A DNA stretch of 62,943 nt, counting the filler, from Folioceros fuciformis (taxonomy: Eukaryota): assembly GCA_049999805.1 (NCBI GenBank). It is 15 parts of 15 records of this genome, joined end to end, with 100 filler letters (N's around TTAATTAATTAA, not from the genome) between each part and the next. Parts side by side here need not be neighbours in the genome. Positions count along the whole stretch, not along the records: positions 11,472 to 13,699 come from JBNGIO010002078.1; positions 13,800 to 23,791 come from JBNGIO010002079.1; 13 more parts are not named here. One strand, written 5' to 3'. The notes under the pieces were generated by a model. That model had not been told where the DNA came from and did not search any database. It saw nothing but the letters and a program-made list of their open reading frames with translations. Of this stretch, positions 11,762 to 23,891 are shown piece by piece. Position numbers and translations under genes: made by a program. The stretch's first letter is position 1, and every line of letters begins with the position of its first letter.

Positions 11762-12641
11762 TTTGTTTTTTGGTGAAGAGTTGAGGCCCTTTCAAAATAA
11801 ACTGATAAGTATAGAGAGCCCCCAAGGGTCCTATCAAGACCCTACGAGGGAATAGACCGTGACATGGACCCCATATAGCAACAACGGAGGGTGCATGCGT
11901 GCCCAGGATCAACTCCACAATCACTAGGCATCCAAATCTGACCGAGCCGGGCCAAAACCCGAAGGATCAGATAAAGCTATGAATTCGTCTCGGTCCCTAC
12001 CCTACTCACTTTGGTCACCAAACTCGACCAGGCCTTGTGCCTACCCGCCATGGCCATCCCACCTTCATTCCACCGGGCAGGCAGTTTCAGAACTTGCAAT
12101 TGTAGGACCAAGAAGGAGGTTGGTCGCTGGAGAGGAAACCTCCCTTTCTCCAAGCATTAGGCTTGAAGGTCCTTTTGCTGGTGCATTGGAGGGCTAAGGC
12201 ACTGTGGATCATGGTTTCCCAAATGCGGCAGAGGAGAGCGTTGGTGTGTTTTGGTTCTTGTCCTCCGAAGGTCACAGAAGACCAGTGCACCCACAGGTGA
12301 TGAATGGTGGACGTCCAAAGGATCGGCCACCACTGAAGAGCATAGAGGGGGTGCCCAAAAGACGTGATTAGGCCAAACAACACTGTATGTTCTAGGATCC
12401 TTACTTGCGGTCTGTGAAGAACTCTTCGTGTCCACACCTCCAGTCGCTTCCACACTGACTTGGCTAAGCTGCATCTGAAGAACATGTGCTCGCTTTTGTT
12501 CTCTTGACCTTGCAGACACAAGGTGCAGTGAACCAATGGCTTCGAAGAGGCTGTTCCATCGATCCGCGTTTGGCAGGGCTGCTTGGAACATCTTCCAAAC
12601 AGTGAAGCGCGTTCGTTCAGGAATTCCCTTCCTGTCCCACA
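11762..12641 (-). mobile_element. L1-type LINE 3' end (zf-RVT region, 3' UTR, short A-rich tail)
   Basis: WKMFQAALPNADRW, CTLC..E..EHMFFRCSLAKSVW and IHHLWVHW..F. The A-rich tail abuts the Gypsy RT fragment. Confidence 0.8.
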
Positions 12642-13051
12642 TGTGTGGAAAAGTATTGCACCGGGGGGTGCTGCGAGGTCCACACAAACCCTCTTTGTCC
12701 TTATAGCACTGGGATTCGATCCCAAGGGAATGATTTGTGTTAAATAAAGCAGGTTGTCTCACAAAGTCAATCACTACCCCAGGTCAATCTCGCATGGCTA
12801 CTACTACCGCCTAACTGGCTACCTTGACCTGACCGCGACTCCACCACCACCATCGCCCTCTCAGCTACCTTATCCCCGGCTACCTTGTGACTAGCTGTCA
12901 CCCCTACGACTACTACTACGCCCGGCTACTTCCGTTTCTCCCTTGGCAACGGTTGCCCAACCGACTACTTAAGTGGAGTCCACACGCTCTCTTTCTTTCT
13001 CTAACTCACACCTTCTCTCTCTCTCTCTCTGTACTTCCTCTCTCTACTTAC
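12642..13051 (-). mobile_element. Family A LTR 3' part inserted into the LINE
   Basis: Reverse complement of the family A U5 terminus. Confidence 0.75.
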
Positions 13052-13699
13052 TATAGGGTTATTAAAGCCCAATGTGCTTAGACTAATGTGATTAGTCTAA
13101 TTAGACTTATGTGATTAGTTTCATTAGACTAATGTAATTAGTCTAAGATTAGTGTCTAATTAAGTATCATTAGTTTAGATTAGCTTAAGCTAATCTTTAG
13201 GAAGTGTCCTGCATAACTTCCTATGAGCGTCTTGTGAAGCTTCCTTGGGAGCTTTTCTAGAGGGTATAAATACCTTCTTGAGCTCCCTTTGCAATACAGC
13301 TGTGAGAGACACTGTAAGACCTCTCTTTCTCCTCTCCTCCTTTCTTCTTCTCTCCTCTCCTTCACCATGCTCCTCTATCGACCCTTTCAAGTGGTATCAG
13401 AGCCTAGTTGTGGAGCAAGGTCGTTGTGCCTATTATAGGTATTATGAGCGGAGGCACAAGGCAAGAAAATGGACATCTAGGAGGAGCTAGGCGCCGCTAC
13501 AACCGGTAGCTAGGGCACAGCAGCCGGGCTAGGGCGCCGCCGCCGGCTAGGGCTCCGGTTAGGGCGCCACCGCTGGCTAGGGCTCCGGTTATAGGGCGCC
13601 GCCGTCGGCTAGGGCTCTGGTTAGGGCGCAGCCGCCGGCTAGGATGTCGGTTAGGGCGCAGCCGCCGGCTCGCGTGCCGGTTAGGGCATCGGTTAGGGC
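13052..13699 (+). mobile_element. LTR family C (about 338 bp, 13052-13389) with tRNA-iMet PBS (13392-13404) and GC-rich leader
   Basis: T(A)TAGGG...TTCA is followed by AG-TGGTATCAGAGCC. Internal TATAAA. Homologous LTR starts at 27742 and 29716. Confidence 0.85.
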
Positions 13700-13799
13700 N
13701 NNNNNNNNNNNNNNNNNNNNNNNNNNNNNNNNNNNNNNNNNNNTTAATTAATTAANNNNNNNNNNNNNNNNNNNNNNNNNNNNNNNNNNNNNNNNNNNN

Positions 13800-14155
13800 C
13801 GCGCCAGTAGCCTGCACACAGCGCCACACCATCAGAGTGGCTGAGTCACATTCACGTCCTTACACAAAGACACGTCCCCCATCCCGCACACCTTTGGGCC
13901 ATCCGCACCATCGGATTCTCCCTCCAAACCGGCCGCGCCCCGCGCTGATTGCACTCTGAGCCAGGCATCCTTGCGCACGCCAGCTACTCCCCATCCCTTT
14001 CCCCCTCCAAACCCAGGTCCTGACCGGCCTGGACAGCAGGATGCGAGGCTTGCAATTGACCGGCTGCACGGCCCACTCGCTCCACGAATCTGTCCTGGTC
14101 CGCAGGGAGCAAACGCGCTGCAGGCCCGGCCTGGCATCACCACGATGGGAGCCAT
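13800..14155 (-). CDS. First exon(s) of an unidentified gene with a plastid transit peptide-like N-terminus, truncated by the gap
   Basis: MAPIVVMPGRACSAFAP...LRVQSARGAAGLEGESDGADGPK, then a GT donor at about 13891 and a CAG acceptor at about 13812. Confidence 0.45.
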
Positions 14156-14551
14156 GCTCCTCTGTCCTCCTCAGGCTCACCCATACGCACCTGCTCGGAG
14201 ACGACAAAGCCTATCCCCATTCGCATCCGCCTCCACCACCACGTGGCCACAGCTCAGGTGGGCACAATTGTACTATACATATCTACCGTATGTAAAATAT
14301 TTTGTCGCTCCCTTTTTGGCACCCGCGGAGTGACCAGTCATGCAAATAGACGGCGCTGGGCTGGGCTGTGGGCGTTTAGACTGCCCGGGCCCAAGCGACG
14401 CTGAATTGGTTGCTAGAGCAGGAAAACAACCAATATCCTGGTCTGCAACTTATGTCATGGTGAACCCGGTGCAGGGACGTGTAGTTTCTAGTGACTGAAA
14501 CAAATCACCGATGTTATGTCCTTGTCTGAGACTTCGCTAGCCTGTGTTCCG

Positions 14552-17500
14552 CTACGCGATTTTCAGAAGCCGCGTCTCCAAGCCTGCCTGCACCAGGTGC
14601 TCCTTCACCTCCGAGATGGTGATCTGCTCCACAAGGAGACCGCTGTGTGAGAGAGTGAACTGGAAATCGGAAGGGTGTGGCTGGCGTATCCGGGCGACGC
14701 CCACTCACCTCTTTGCGATGGAAGATTCCTGCGGCGAGGGCAGCCGATGCTGCGGTTCTGTGGAACACCTCGGAGAAGTGTTCAGGGGATCCGGCACCGG
14801 AGCTAGCGATGACTGGAATCATCACGGCGTCCGATACCAGTTTCACCAGATCTGTGTCGAAGCCTTGTCCTTGGCCTGTGACGGACGGGATTAGTCGGGA
14901 AGGGGACTCGGGGGTATTAGCTCGCTGCACTCAAGAACTCGTTGCTGGAATGGTGCCGAGAAACGTACCGTCGCAGTCGATGCAGTTCAGCAAAATTTCA
15001 CCCGCTCCGAGCTCCTCCACCGCCTTTGCTAGCTCGTAGGCGCCGATTGGTCGGCCCTCTCTGCCGCCATTTACCTGTGGCAGTGCAGTCCTCGATGTCA
15101 AGATAATGAGCCTCGGCGAGCGGGAGCAGTTTCAGTACTAGCGGTTTCAAAGTAAGGAGTGCACACCGTGCATTGGTACCAGGCATACTGCTCTCCATCT
15201 GGTCCTGCAACGGGACAGCATCCCTCTTAGGAACCTCGTTGCAGCTGCAGACCCTGCATGCGTTACTGGTGGCAAAAAAAAGCCATGCACTTACCGGGGA
15301 CAGTGACTGGGACGGTCTTGAAGGGAACGTCAGCGGGGTCTTTGACATAGACCCTTCGAGGATCTATGCTGACCACCACAGCCTGCGGCACAAAGTTCAA
15401 CAACAATCACAAGGCTCCATGGACTGAAAAACAGCTTGGCTCCAGCGCCCGCCCAAGATTTACCTGGTTCCCGTACACAGAGGAGATTTGTTCCAAGCTA
15501 CTTTTGCCAGTTTTTGTCTGCCATCAATCAAGAGGCTGGAAATGAGAAAGAAAACAGAGACAACACTTGATGCCAAACATAAGAATGCAAGGACGTTCAC
15601 ATACCCCGGTCTTGAGAAATTCTTCCGCAGCATAAACTGCATCGCTTCCGATAGAAATCTTGTCAGCGCCTGACCTGAAATACTCAGCTGCCACCTCCAG
15701 ACTAGAGTAGTACCTGTGAAACCCTTTCCAAAATCATGAACGTGTAAGAAGGCCTTCGGAAGTGTAGGACATGCACGGGACAAACCGACCCGATTCCAAT
15801 CACCTGCCCTCTTTGTCGGTGAAATCGCGGATGCCTCCACCGACAGTAAGTGGAACAAAGACGTTCTCTGAAGCGCGTCGAAGGACCTGCCACATCACAA
15901 CACTGCCATGATCAGATCAGATTGTCACATAGTTGTTCTAGATCAGATTGTCACATAATTGTTCTAGATCACACTGTCACATATTTGTTCTAGATCACAT
16001 TGTCACATAATTGTTCTAGATCACATTGTCACATAAACGCAGAGCGTCTGAGCCCACTTTACCTCTAACATAGGCATGTCACCAAGAGGAAAATCTCTAA
16101 AACCCGTGATATTTAAAAAGGTAACCTGCACACCGCAAAGGTGCAGAACATCAAAGATGCATGAGGAGTGGAGTGACAGAGATACTTGGCGAACATAAAT
16201 GCACATGAACTTACTTCGTCGGCTCCATCCTGAAAGTATCGTCCTGCAAGCTCAACAGGTTTACCTAGATTGCGAACCTGCATGTGGAACACTTATTATA
16301 ACCCATCCTGCCATCATCTCAGGATGGAGTTCACCGGTAGTCGTCTCATCGGCAAACATCACCTCATTTTGTCCTGACTGCTCTCGCACATCATACTGAT
16401 CCCCTTTAGTAACGACAAGGTCCCCAGCATCATTTGACCTTACATCCAAGCAAGCAATGACCTGCATCACAGCCAGCGTGGCCTTAAATATTTCCAACAA
16501 GAAAAGATCCGACTGGGATCGGCACAACAAAGGGCCATGATCACTTTCAGACCCACTGACCCGCTTGGCCAAGGAAGTAGCCGACTTCAGGGATGGCTGC
16601 TTTGCTTTGCGAGACACCTCCTGCAGCCACAGACAAGAGGTCGATCAGTATGTTCCCTAGCTACAGCCAGGAATGACGAGGTAATACACAACTCAGTGTC
16701 ACAACAGCAAAAACAACCAACTGACCTCTGCACACTCTGAGAGGGGACCTCCAAGAAACCTTCGCAAGATGTCCAGACCTACAACTGCATGTGCAGCATG
16801 TCAGGACATTCTCTCAGTTGGAGTTCGGGACAAAGATGGTAGTGATATCGGTAACAGACAGTAACCATCAGCTCAATGAAAGGCCTAAACCCAAGCTCTC
16901 TTGCCATATCTGAAGATACATACTAACCACCACTCTTCTCCGGGTGAAACTGCACAGCATGGACATTTCCATTCTTCACTGCAGCAATGAACTCCCCTCC
17001 ATAATCAGAAGTTGCAAGCACCCAATCCTTGTTTTCTTCAGACTATAAGATTCAAAAGAAGAGGTATCAATTGATCAATACTTCAGTGCTACAGGTAGCA
17101 ATAATATCCACAGATTGTGCCTCCACCACTAAATCGACCTGCCAGTTTTAAGAGCATACAGGCACGGCGCGGTAGGAGTGAACAAAGTACACATGATGAC
17201 CTTTGACACTTTCCAGCAGATCAGACGTCTGTTTCAGCTGCAGACCGTTCCAGCCGATGTGCGGCACTCGGAGGCCCTTGGACGTATCAAAGCAACTGAC
17301 CTTCCCTGGTATGAGGCCAAGACCCTCAACTGCATGCAGTGACAACAGGGAGTCTGTGATCACTGGCTAAGAAAGCAAGAGCAATTTGTACACAAAAGTT
17401 GCTTCCTTAACAAACTCACGATGAGTAGGAGAGGATGCCATACCAATTTCCTTTTCATCACTGGATTGAAAAAGAACTTGCAAGCCCAGACAGATTCCAA

Positions 17501-18272
17501 AAAATGGACGATCCTTTCTTATGTAGTCTCGAAGAGCATCTGCCATCCTGCCAAGGCAGCACAAACGACCATTGCATGCGGCCACACCAACTCCATCTTC
17601 AGAGAGCAAATATTATCAGTTGCACTATCAGGTACACCAGAAGCAGTCTTCTATCTCTCTCAAATAAGATACACACCCATCCTTATTCAGAAACTCCATG
17701 GCACTGGCAAAGGCTCCAACACCAGGAAAAATTAGTTTTTTGGCAGCAGTGATGTCGGCAGGTTTTTGTACCTGCTCCATAAAAGCGGAAGACAGAGTTA
17801 CTCCGAAGTGAAAAGAAACTCCAGATGTCGTCCCAAATAACTACTCATTCACACAGGCTGCATTGCTCCCTGACAAAGTCGTGTTGTGTGACATACATCT
17901 CGAATCTTGTAACCCAGGAGGTGAATGGCATTTCTCAAACTCCTCACATTCCCAGCTCCATAATCCAGCACCGTCACCTCTGCCAACAGAACAAAGACAA
18001 CAAAAAATCGTGATCGAACAATCCATCACCTGCGTTAATCTCACGCAGATTCAAAACCCACCTCCATCATCCTCTCTGCTAGCATGCACCCGCAAAGGAA
18101 AACCCACGCCCTGACATCTGAACCTCCTCCGATCACAGGTCCACGAGCCGGGAGTGAATTCAGAGCATGGGAACGAGCTTGAAGCTCCAGCAGCTTGAGA
18201 AGGCAGGGTTCGGCCAGGCAAAGTGGAGATGGTCATGGAAGCAGCCAAATTGCTCATGATGGATGTCTCCAT
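14552..18272 (-). CDS. HISN4: Imidazole glycerol phosphate synthase HisHF, chloroplastic, multi-exon
   Basis: Transit peptide, then [86 protein letters not shown] and [20 protein letters not shown]. The last exon ends ...ETRLLKIA*. Confidence 0.95.
15916..16036. repeat. 26-bp tandem repeat (about 4.7 copies) in a HisHF intron
   Basis: ATCAGATTGTCACATAGTTGTTCTAG and variants. Confidence 0.9.
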
Positions 18273-18705
18273 TGCGTTACGGTTCCTTGCGGCCAATATA
18301 GTATAAGCCTCCCTTCCTGCCCAAGGCACTTAGTTGACTGGTGTTCACCAAAACTAACCCGGATTCTGGACACGTTTCGGTAGAGACGGGCAGACGGCAT
18401 TGTTTTCCGTCTAACCTAACCTTCGAATGAACCGCGGCGGTTACGGATTTCCCGCCGACACAGGCAGGCTCGGACCGGGCGGTACCGAGCCTCTTGGCGG
18501 CTTTCTTTGGAGAGATTCAGGAACCTGGAAGGTTGGGCGTTGGCGATGATGGCCTTGGCGCAGGGCACGCTGTGGCTTGGCAGTGGGATTTGAAAGAGGT
18601 TGGCAGGGAAGGTGAACAGCTGTGGAAGCCATGGTGGTTGCTCGGATCTGACGGAGTTCATGTGAATTTTCGGATATCTCGTGGCGGGGACTGCAGCCAG
18701 CAGCC

Positions 18706-20699
18706 ATGGCCGGCTTCTCGTCAGGGAAGGGTTTAACCTCAGTGCTGGAGCTGGTGCCGAGGGTGAATTGCATGTCATCAGGAACTGGGTTAGGGACAGT
18801 GTTGGAGGCGTTCGGCAGGTCTCCCGTGTTTTCGTCCCACTTTGTGCACTCCTTCTTTTCTTTTAACGCAGCCTCAGCTGCCGCGGCTGCCGCGGCCACT
18901 GTCGCGTTTCTGCCATCGCGGCCTTCACTGGGAAAATTGGTGGATTCTAGGTATTTTATTTCATCCTTCATTCAGAGCTAGGGGTCGGCCTCCTGTCTGG
19001 TTCGCTTTGTTTGGGTGCTCCTGGGCTGTCGTTGTGTGCATTTAGCTCGTGGTGAAGGCCCCGTGCCTTGTGGGAGGTGAGTTTTGTTTGCATCGGTGCC
19101 TGAAGAATCTTTATCCTTGGTTTTAGCTTACTTAGGACTTGTCGAACTGCACTGTCCCTGAGCTGAGTTGGTGATCTGAGTGTGGGATGGAATCGATTGC
19201 AGTGAATGGACTGGCACCACGGTTGCTCTGTGTGACAAGGCTGCGGATCCTGATGCTTGGAATCCGAGGTGGAGTTGGGACCCTAAGCTCTATCCGAAAA
19301 CGTACGACATCGAATTGAAGCCCCTCTTTTCTGCCTTTCGGGTTAAGGCTTTGGGCGCCACATCCCTTCGGGCTTTGATTGTCAACTTCATTCCCGTGCT
19401 CGAGGCTTACATTCAGCCAGAAGAAGATGACTTGGAAGAAGAAATTGACCACCCTCCCAAGCTGCCTCCGGATCCTAATGTTGCATTGCGGCAATCTGCG
19501 AAACACATCACTAGAGAAGTATGTGCTCGATGCTACCCTAACCTGTTTCCTGTTGTTCTCGCCGTGTTTCCATTTGTAAAGCAGATTTTGTGGTGGCATT
19601 TCAAACACACTGTCGGCTAGGTCGTGTGTCAGTGTCTTACCATGTATTAGTTGCCCTTTTGTAGGTGGCAGTGATAACCACCCGAAGGGTACTGGAAAGG
19701 GTTGTGGTTCGCCATGTCTCACCCCGCACGGCTTGGAAATTGTTGAAGGGTACGTTGGCAGTGAACTAACTTGTTTTTCAGGAGAGCCGTTTTGCCAATG
19801 CTTCACTGACTTGTATTGTGTGTCTGGTGTTCAGATGTGCCTAAATCTGCTGCCCGCAAAGCCCACCGAAACCTTTCTCGGTGGCAGCTCTTCCTCAGTG
19901 TTAAGAAGACCGGTTTCCGTGGTACGTGGCCCACTTCTAGCCTTGTGTTATTCAGTGAGACATTTTGTTTGTTCGTAGATAGTAGCTCCGGAACTGAATG
20001 GAAGTGGTAACACCAACCAGAAACTTTTGTGGAGGTTCTTGGTTTATGTCAGTCGCTTACTTTCTGGAGAAAGCTAACTGACTTCTGTGTTTCTCGCGAC
20101 AGCTCAAGTATTGGGAGTGGTAGCAAACTGGATTGTACAGCTGGCTCTAGATGTTGCGTATTTTCTGCAAAGTGGCTATGAACGGAGAAAGGAAGGAAAC
20201 AAAAGGTTCTTGCAGTTTGAATCTGAGGACTTCAAGAAGTTGTCATTGCGAACAGCCGGCAACACGCTCAGAGCCGTTGCTTCCCTCATTTTTGCATCAA
20301 TTGGTGCGGGCCTTGGAACAGTTTTGATAAGGCCGAAGACGGGCACTTGGATTGGTACTTTCCTTGCTCCTCAGTTCCCTTCACTACTGACGGAAATGTC
20401 TGTTATGTGCGTAAGCATGTCTCTAAACAATAGTATGAGGTGGAGAAACGGAGTATGCCTGCATTTTAACTATAAGTTCGAGTAGGTGCGTCCATTTTCT
20501 GGTTGCATGGATTGGCAATCCTCGTGACTTACTAACGGGGATCTTGTCCTCTTGTGTAGGGCTTGCAGCTGGTGAATTGACTGGACCCTTCATCGTCCAG
20601 ATGTTTTTTGACACTTGGCTGATTCATGGGACTCTAATTCCCCCACCATCACCTGGTGCTCCCAGAGGTGGTGCCAAGGGTGGGAGGGGCGGTAGGTAG
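18706..20699 (+). CDS. Conserved uncharacterised plant protein, six exons, C-terminal transmembrane glycine-rich helices
   Basis: Spliced reading: ...IELKPLFSAF..TSLRALIVNFIPVLE..EEDD..RE/VAVITTRRVLERVVVRHVSPRTAWKLLK/DVPKSAARKA/..VANWIVQ..SLIFASIGAGLGTVLIRP..WIG/LAAGELTGP. The phases fit GT-AG junctions. The match to a known land-plant family is from memory. Confidence 0.8.
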
Positions 20700-21532
20700 G
20701 GGCGGCGAGCACGGTTATTTATTGTTCTCGAGCTCACGGATTCCTCACAGGATCCGGGGAAAGCCCATGGCATCTAGCAAATGGTGCTCGAGAACGAGCG
20801 CCAGGACTGTCAATTTGGCACTCCTGTGTTTGAGGTCTTCATCTTCTTCCTTTACATCGGATAGTTTACAAACCGGAGAATGAGAGTGACATGGCGAGGC
20901 ATGGTGACCCTAAACCCGAGCTTGCCCCTAGTGTCAGCACCCTTTGTTGTTAAGATTCCTCTCCGGATTATTTTTCGCTGGTCACGTTCTGTGTGACTAC
21001 AGTGCCTTAAGAGTAACTTTCACTCACAGCCACTCTTTCCATTTCCTAGGAGTCTTTCTTTTCAGCCGATCTACGGGGCCAATAATTGGAAGTCGCATCT
21101 TCTTTCCTCACTCTTCAATCAGTACCCCGTGGTACTCTGCGAATAAGTACTGTCGTATGGACCTTGTTTAGCTTTTGCGGGGACTGCTCGGCTCTTCGGA
21201 GCTCCGCTGTTGACATCGTCCTTGGAATGATGCCCGTATTTCAGCTCCCGCCCCTTCGCATTGGGGAGCCGAAGGCAAACGAAGCAATTTTGTCCATGCC
21301 TTCTTTGATTCCCTTTATGAAAGATTCAGAATAGTTGTGACTGCTGGATCTTCGATGGTCTCCAGCTTCGAATCCAGCGGTGAAGCGTTGATTTGATTTC
21401 ATCTCTTCCTCTGTGAGGGGTTGAGAAAGCTTGAAATCGTAGGACCTGCAGGCCAGGTAGCCTGGGCTGTCTGCGGTGAAGCTTGCTCTGTAGTTCAAAG
21501 CTGGTGTAATTCTGTAGCCAAAGTAGGTGAAG

Positions 21533-23421
21533 ATGACGCGGCTATGGGAGCGGATGCAGGTACATTTGGCTCTGATCGTGCTGCAGAGCTTGTTCGCCGG
21601 GTACCAAATAATATCCCGGGTGGCGCTCAACACCGGCCTCAATTTTCTCATCTTCTCCTTCTATCGAAGCGTGATTGCCTTAGCGGTGCTCATTCCCTTC
21701 GCACTAGTGTTGGAGAGGTGGACCTCCTCTGCACATTCGTTTTCACAGTTTGTTTCAGTCTCACACGCCTGTGCCTCGTTCCATGGAATACTCATTTTCG
21801 TGTGAGGTGCAGGAAAACTCGCCCTCCGCTAACTCTCAGACTGCTGGCTATCTTCTGTCTCTTAGGATTCCTGGGGTGAGCACGTCTCCCTTGGTTGTGC
21901 ATTCCATCGCTTACCGAAACTGCATTTCCTGCCCTTCGTGATTGCAGATGCGGTTCTTAATCTTCCTTGGCTTTTGCTGCAGAATTTTCGGCCCACAATC
22001 CTGCTTCCTCGTGGCAGTGGGCCTCTCATCTGCTGCGTTCGGGGCAGCTTTTCAAAACACTGTCCCTGTTGCCACTTTCATCGTTGCCGTTTCCTTGGGG
22101 TTAGCATTGAAGGCGCTGTAATTGCACTTCCATCTTTTGTTGCCTAGTGATGCCCGCTGTCTCACAGCCTCTGGCTTCCGTGCTGCAGTGTGGAGGAAGT
22201 GCACTTTAAGAGACGTGATGGGAAAGCCAAAGTTGCAGGAACAATGTTGTGCATGATAGGTGCCCTTATAATGTCTTTGTACAAAGGTCCAGGGCTTTGG
22301 AACAATCCTATGCCGGTGGATCTCAACCGAGGACTCTTTCTCATGTTGACTGGGACTCCAATGGGTCAATGGGTAACTCTTCAGTCAGGTTATGGATTGA
22401 GTAACTGGCAGCTGGGGGCCATACTACTGGTTCTCACCTCTTTGACTTGGGCGTTCTACCTTACGTTACAGGTTAGCGGCCCTGGATACAGTGTTTCAAT
22501 TGCAATACATTTGCGAATTCCTTAGGGTGCGATTGAAATTCATAGACATCACGGGCATGCTTACTATTTGAACCTTGCTGCAGGCTCCAATTCAGGAAGA
22601 ATATCCGGCACCGATAACGATCATGACTTTCACCTATTTCTTTGGTGCACTGCAATTTGGACTTGCGGCAGTGCTGTTCGAGAGAGACATCTCGGACTGG
22701 AGTCTCGAATGGGGGACCGATCTTATAGGGATTGCCTACTCGGTACCTTCCCATACTTATCGTTCCTGTGCTACTGCTTGTCGTCCTTGATCTCCTTTCT
22801 CATGTGCACTATCATAACTATTTACTTCTCCTTCTTTTCAGGCCTTGATAGCATCCTGCTTCTGTTACAGTTTACAAGCGTGGTGTGTTAAAACAGGCGG
22901 GCCTCTATTGACGTCAGTTTACATGCCTATGCAATCGCTTCTGGGACTTGTCATGGCTGTCATCCTTTTGGGCGACACACTTTACCTGGGCAGGTTTGTG
23001 CACCGGCACCTTCCTCACCCCATTTCCCACTGTCGTCCCCATTTAACACGATTTTCCTTCGTGTTTGTTTGATGTCTTTTTTACTAGTGTCAACTGTTTG
23101 AATCATCTGCAGTGTCATTGGCGCCATTATCACTATCACTGGCCTATACTTGGTAACCTGGGGTAGGTCAGAGGCTATCCGGCTCAAGACACGGGCAGTA
23201 ATGGGTTCCGTCGCAGACGTGGAAAGGGCAGAAAAATCACAGGATCTCATCGCACCACTCCTCGAGAATGTAAGCTGGACATCCTCATTCGCTACATCCT
23301 GCGTAGACTGTCTAATCGTTCTCCGATCTTTCAGCCTGTCCTAAGACCCTGCTCTGAGTGTTGCTGCATGTAGGGATCGGTGAAGACGTCAACTGGTCAG
23401 TCGACTTCCACGGAAACGTGA
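21533..23421 (+). CDS. Second WAT1-related / UMAMIT (EamA) transporter, multi-exon
   Basis: HLALIVLQSLFAGYQIISRVALNTGLNFLIFSFYRS, AKVAGTMLCMIGALIMSLYKGP, QAWCVKTGGPLLTSVYMPMQ..LGDTLYLG and GLYLVTWGR. The last exon is inferred. Confidence 0.9.
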
Positions 23422-23891
23422 TGGCTGTCGTAAACGTGGGGGAGTGTGATCTTCGAGACGAGTCAGGATCATCACCCTCGAAATCACCGATTCCTCTACC
23501 CTCGGGTTGCTGGAAAACGCCCGTGAATGGTCGCACATGTTCATGGTCAGGTGAACCCAGATGAACTGATCATGGTTTTCTGTGAAGACACATTTTACAG
23601 TTTTCTCTGCGCGAGGGATTGAAACGTCGAAAACGCCAAGATCACGTGAGAATGTGGCCTTGTTCTCTTCCGTCATACGTCATAGCATTGGAAATCAGGT
23701 GCATGCAAGGATATATGTACGTACGAGAAAGGGCAATTCGTCAATGTAAGGAGAGGGGAGAATTCCTCATAGACAACTAAAGAAAAAATATNNNNNNNNN
23801 NNNNNNNNNNNNNNNNNNNNNNNNNNNNNNNNNNNTTAATTAATTAANNNNNNNNNNNNNNNNNNNNNNNNNNNNNNNNNNNNNNNNNNNN

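Noticed and set aside
18441-19806. Long minus-strand ORFs (176 and 224 aa)
   Set aside because: Antisense to exons of the plus-strand conserved gene, with no motifs of their own.
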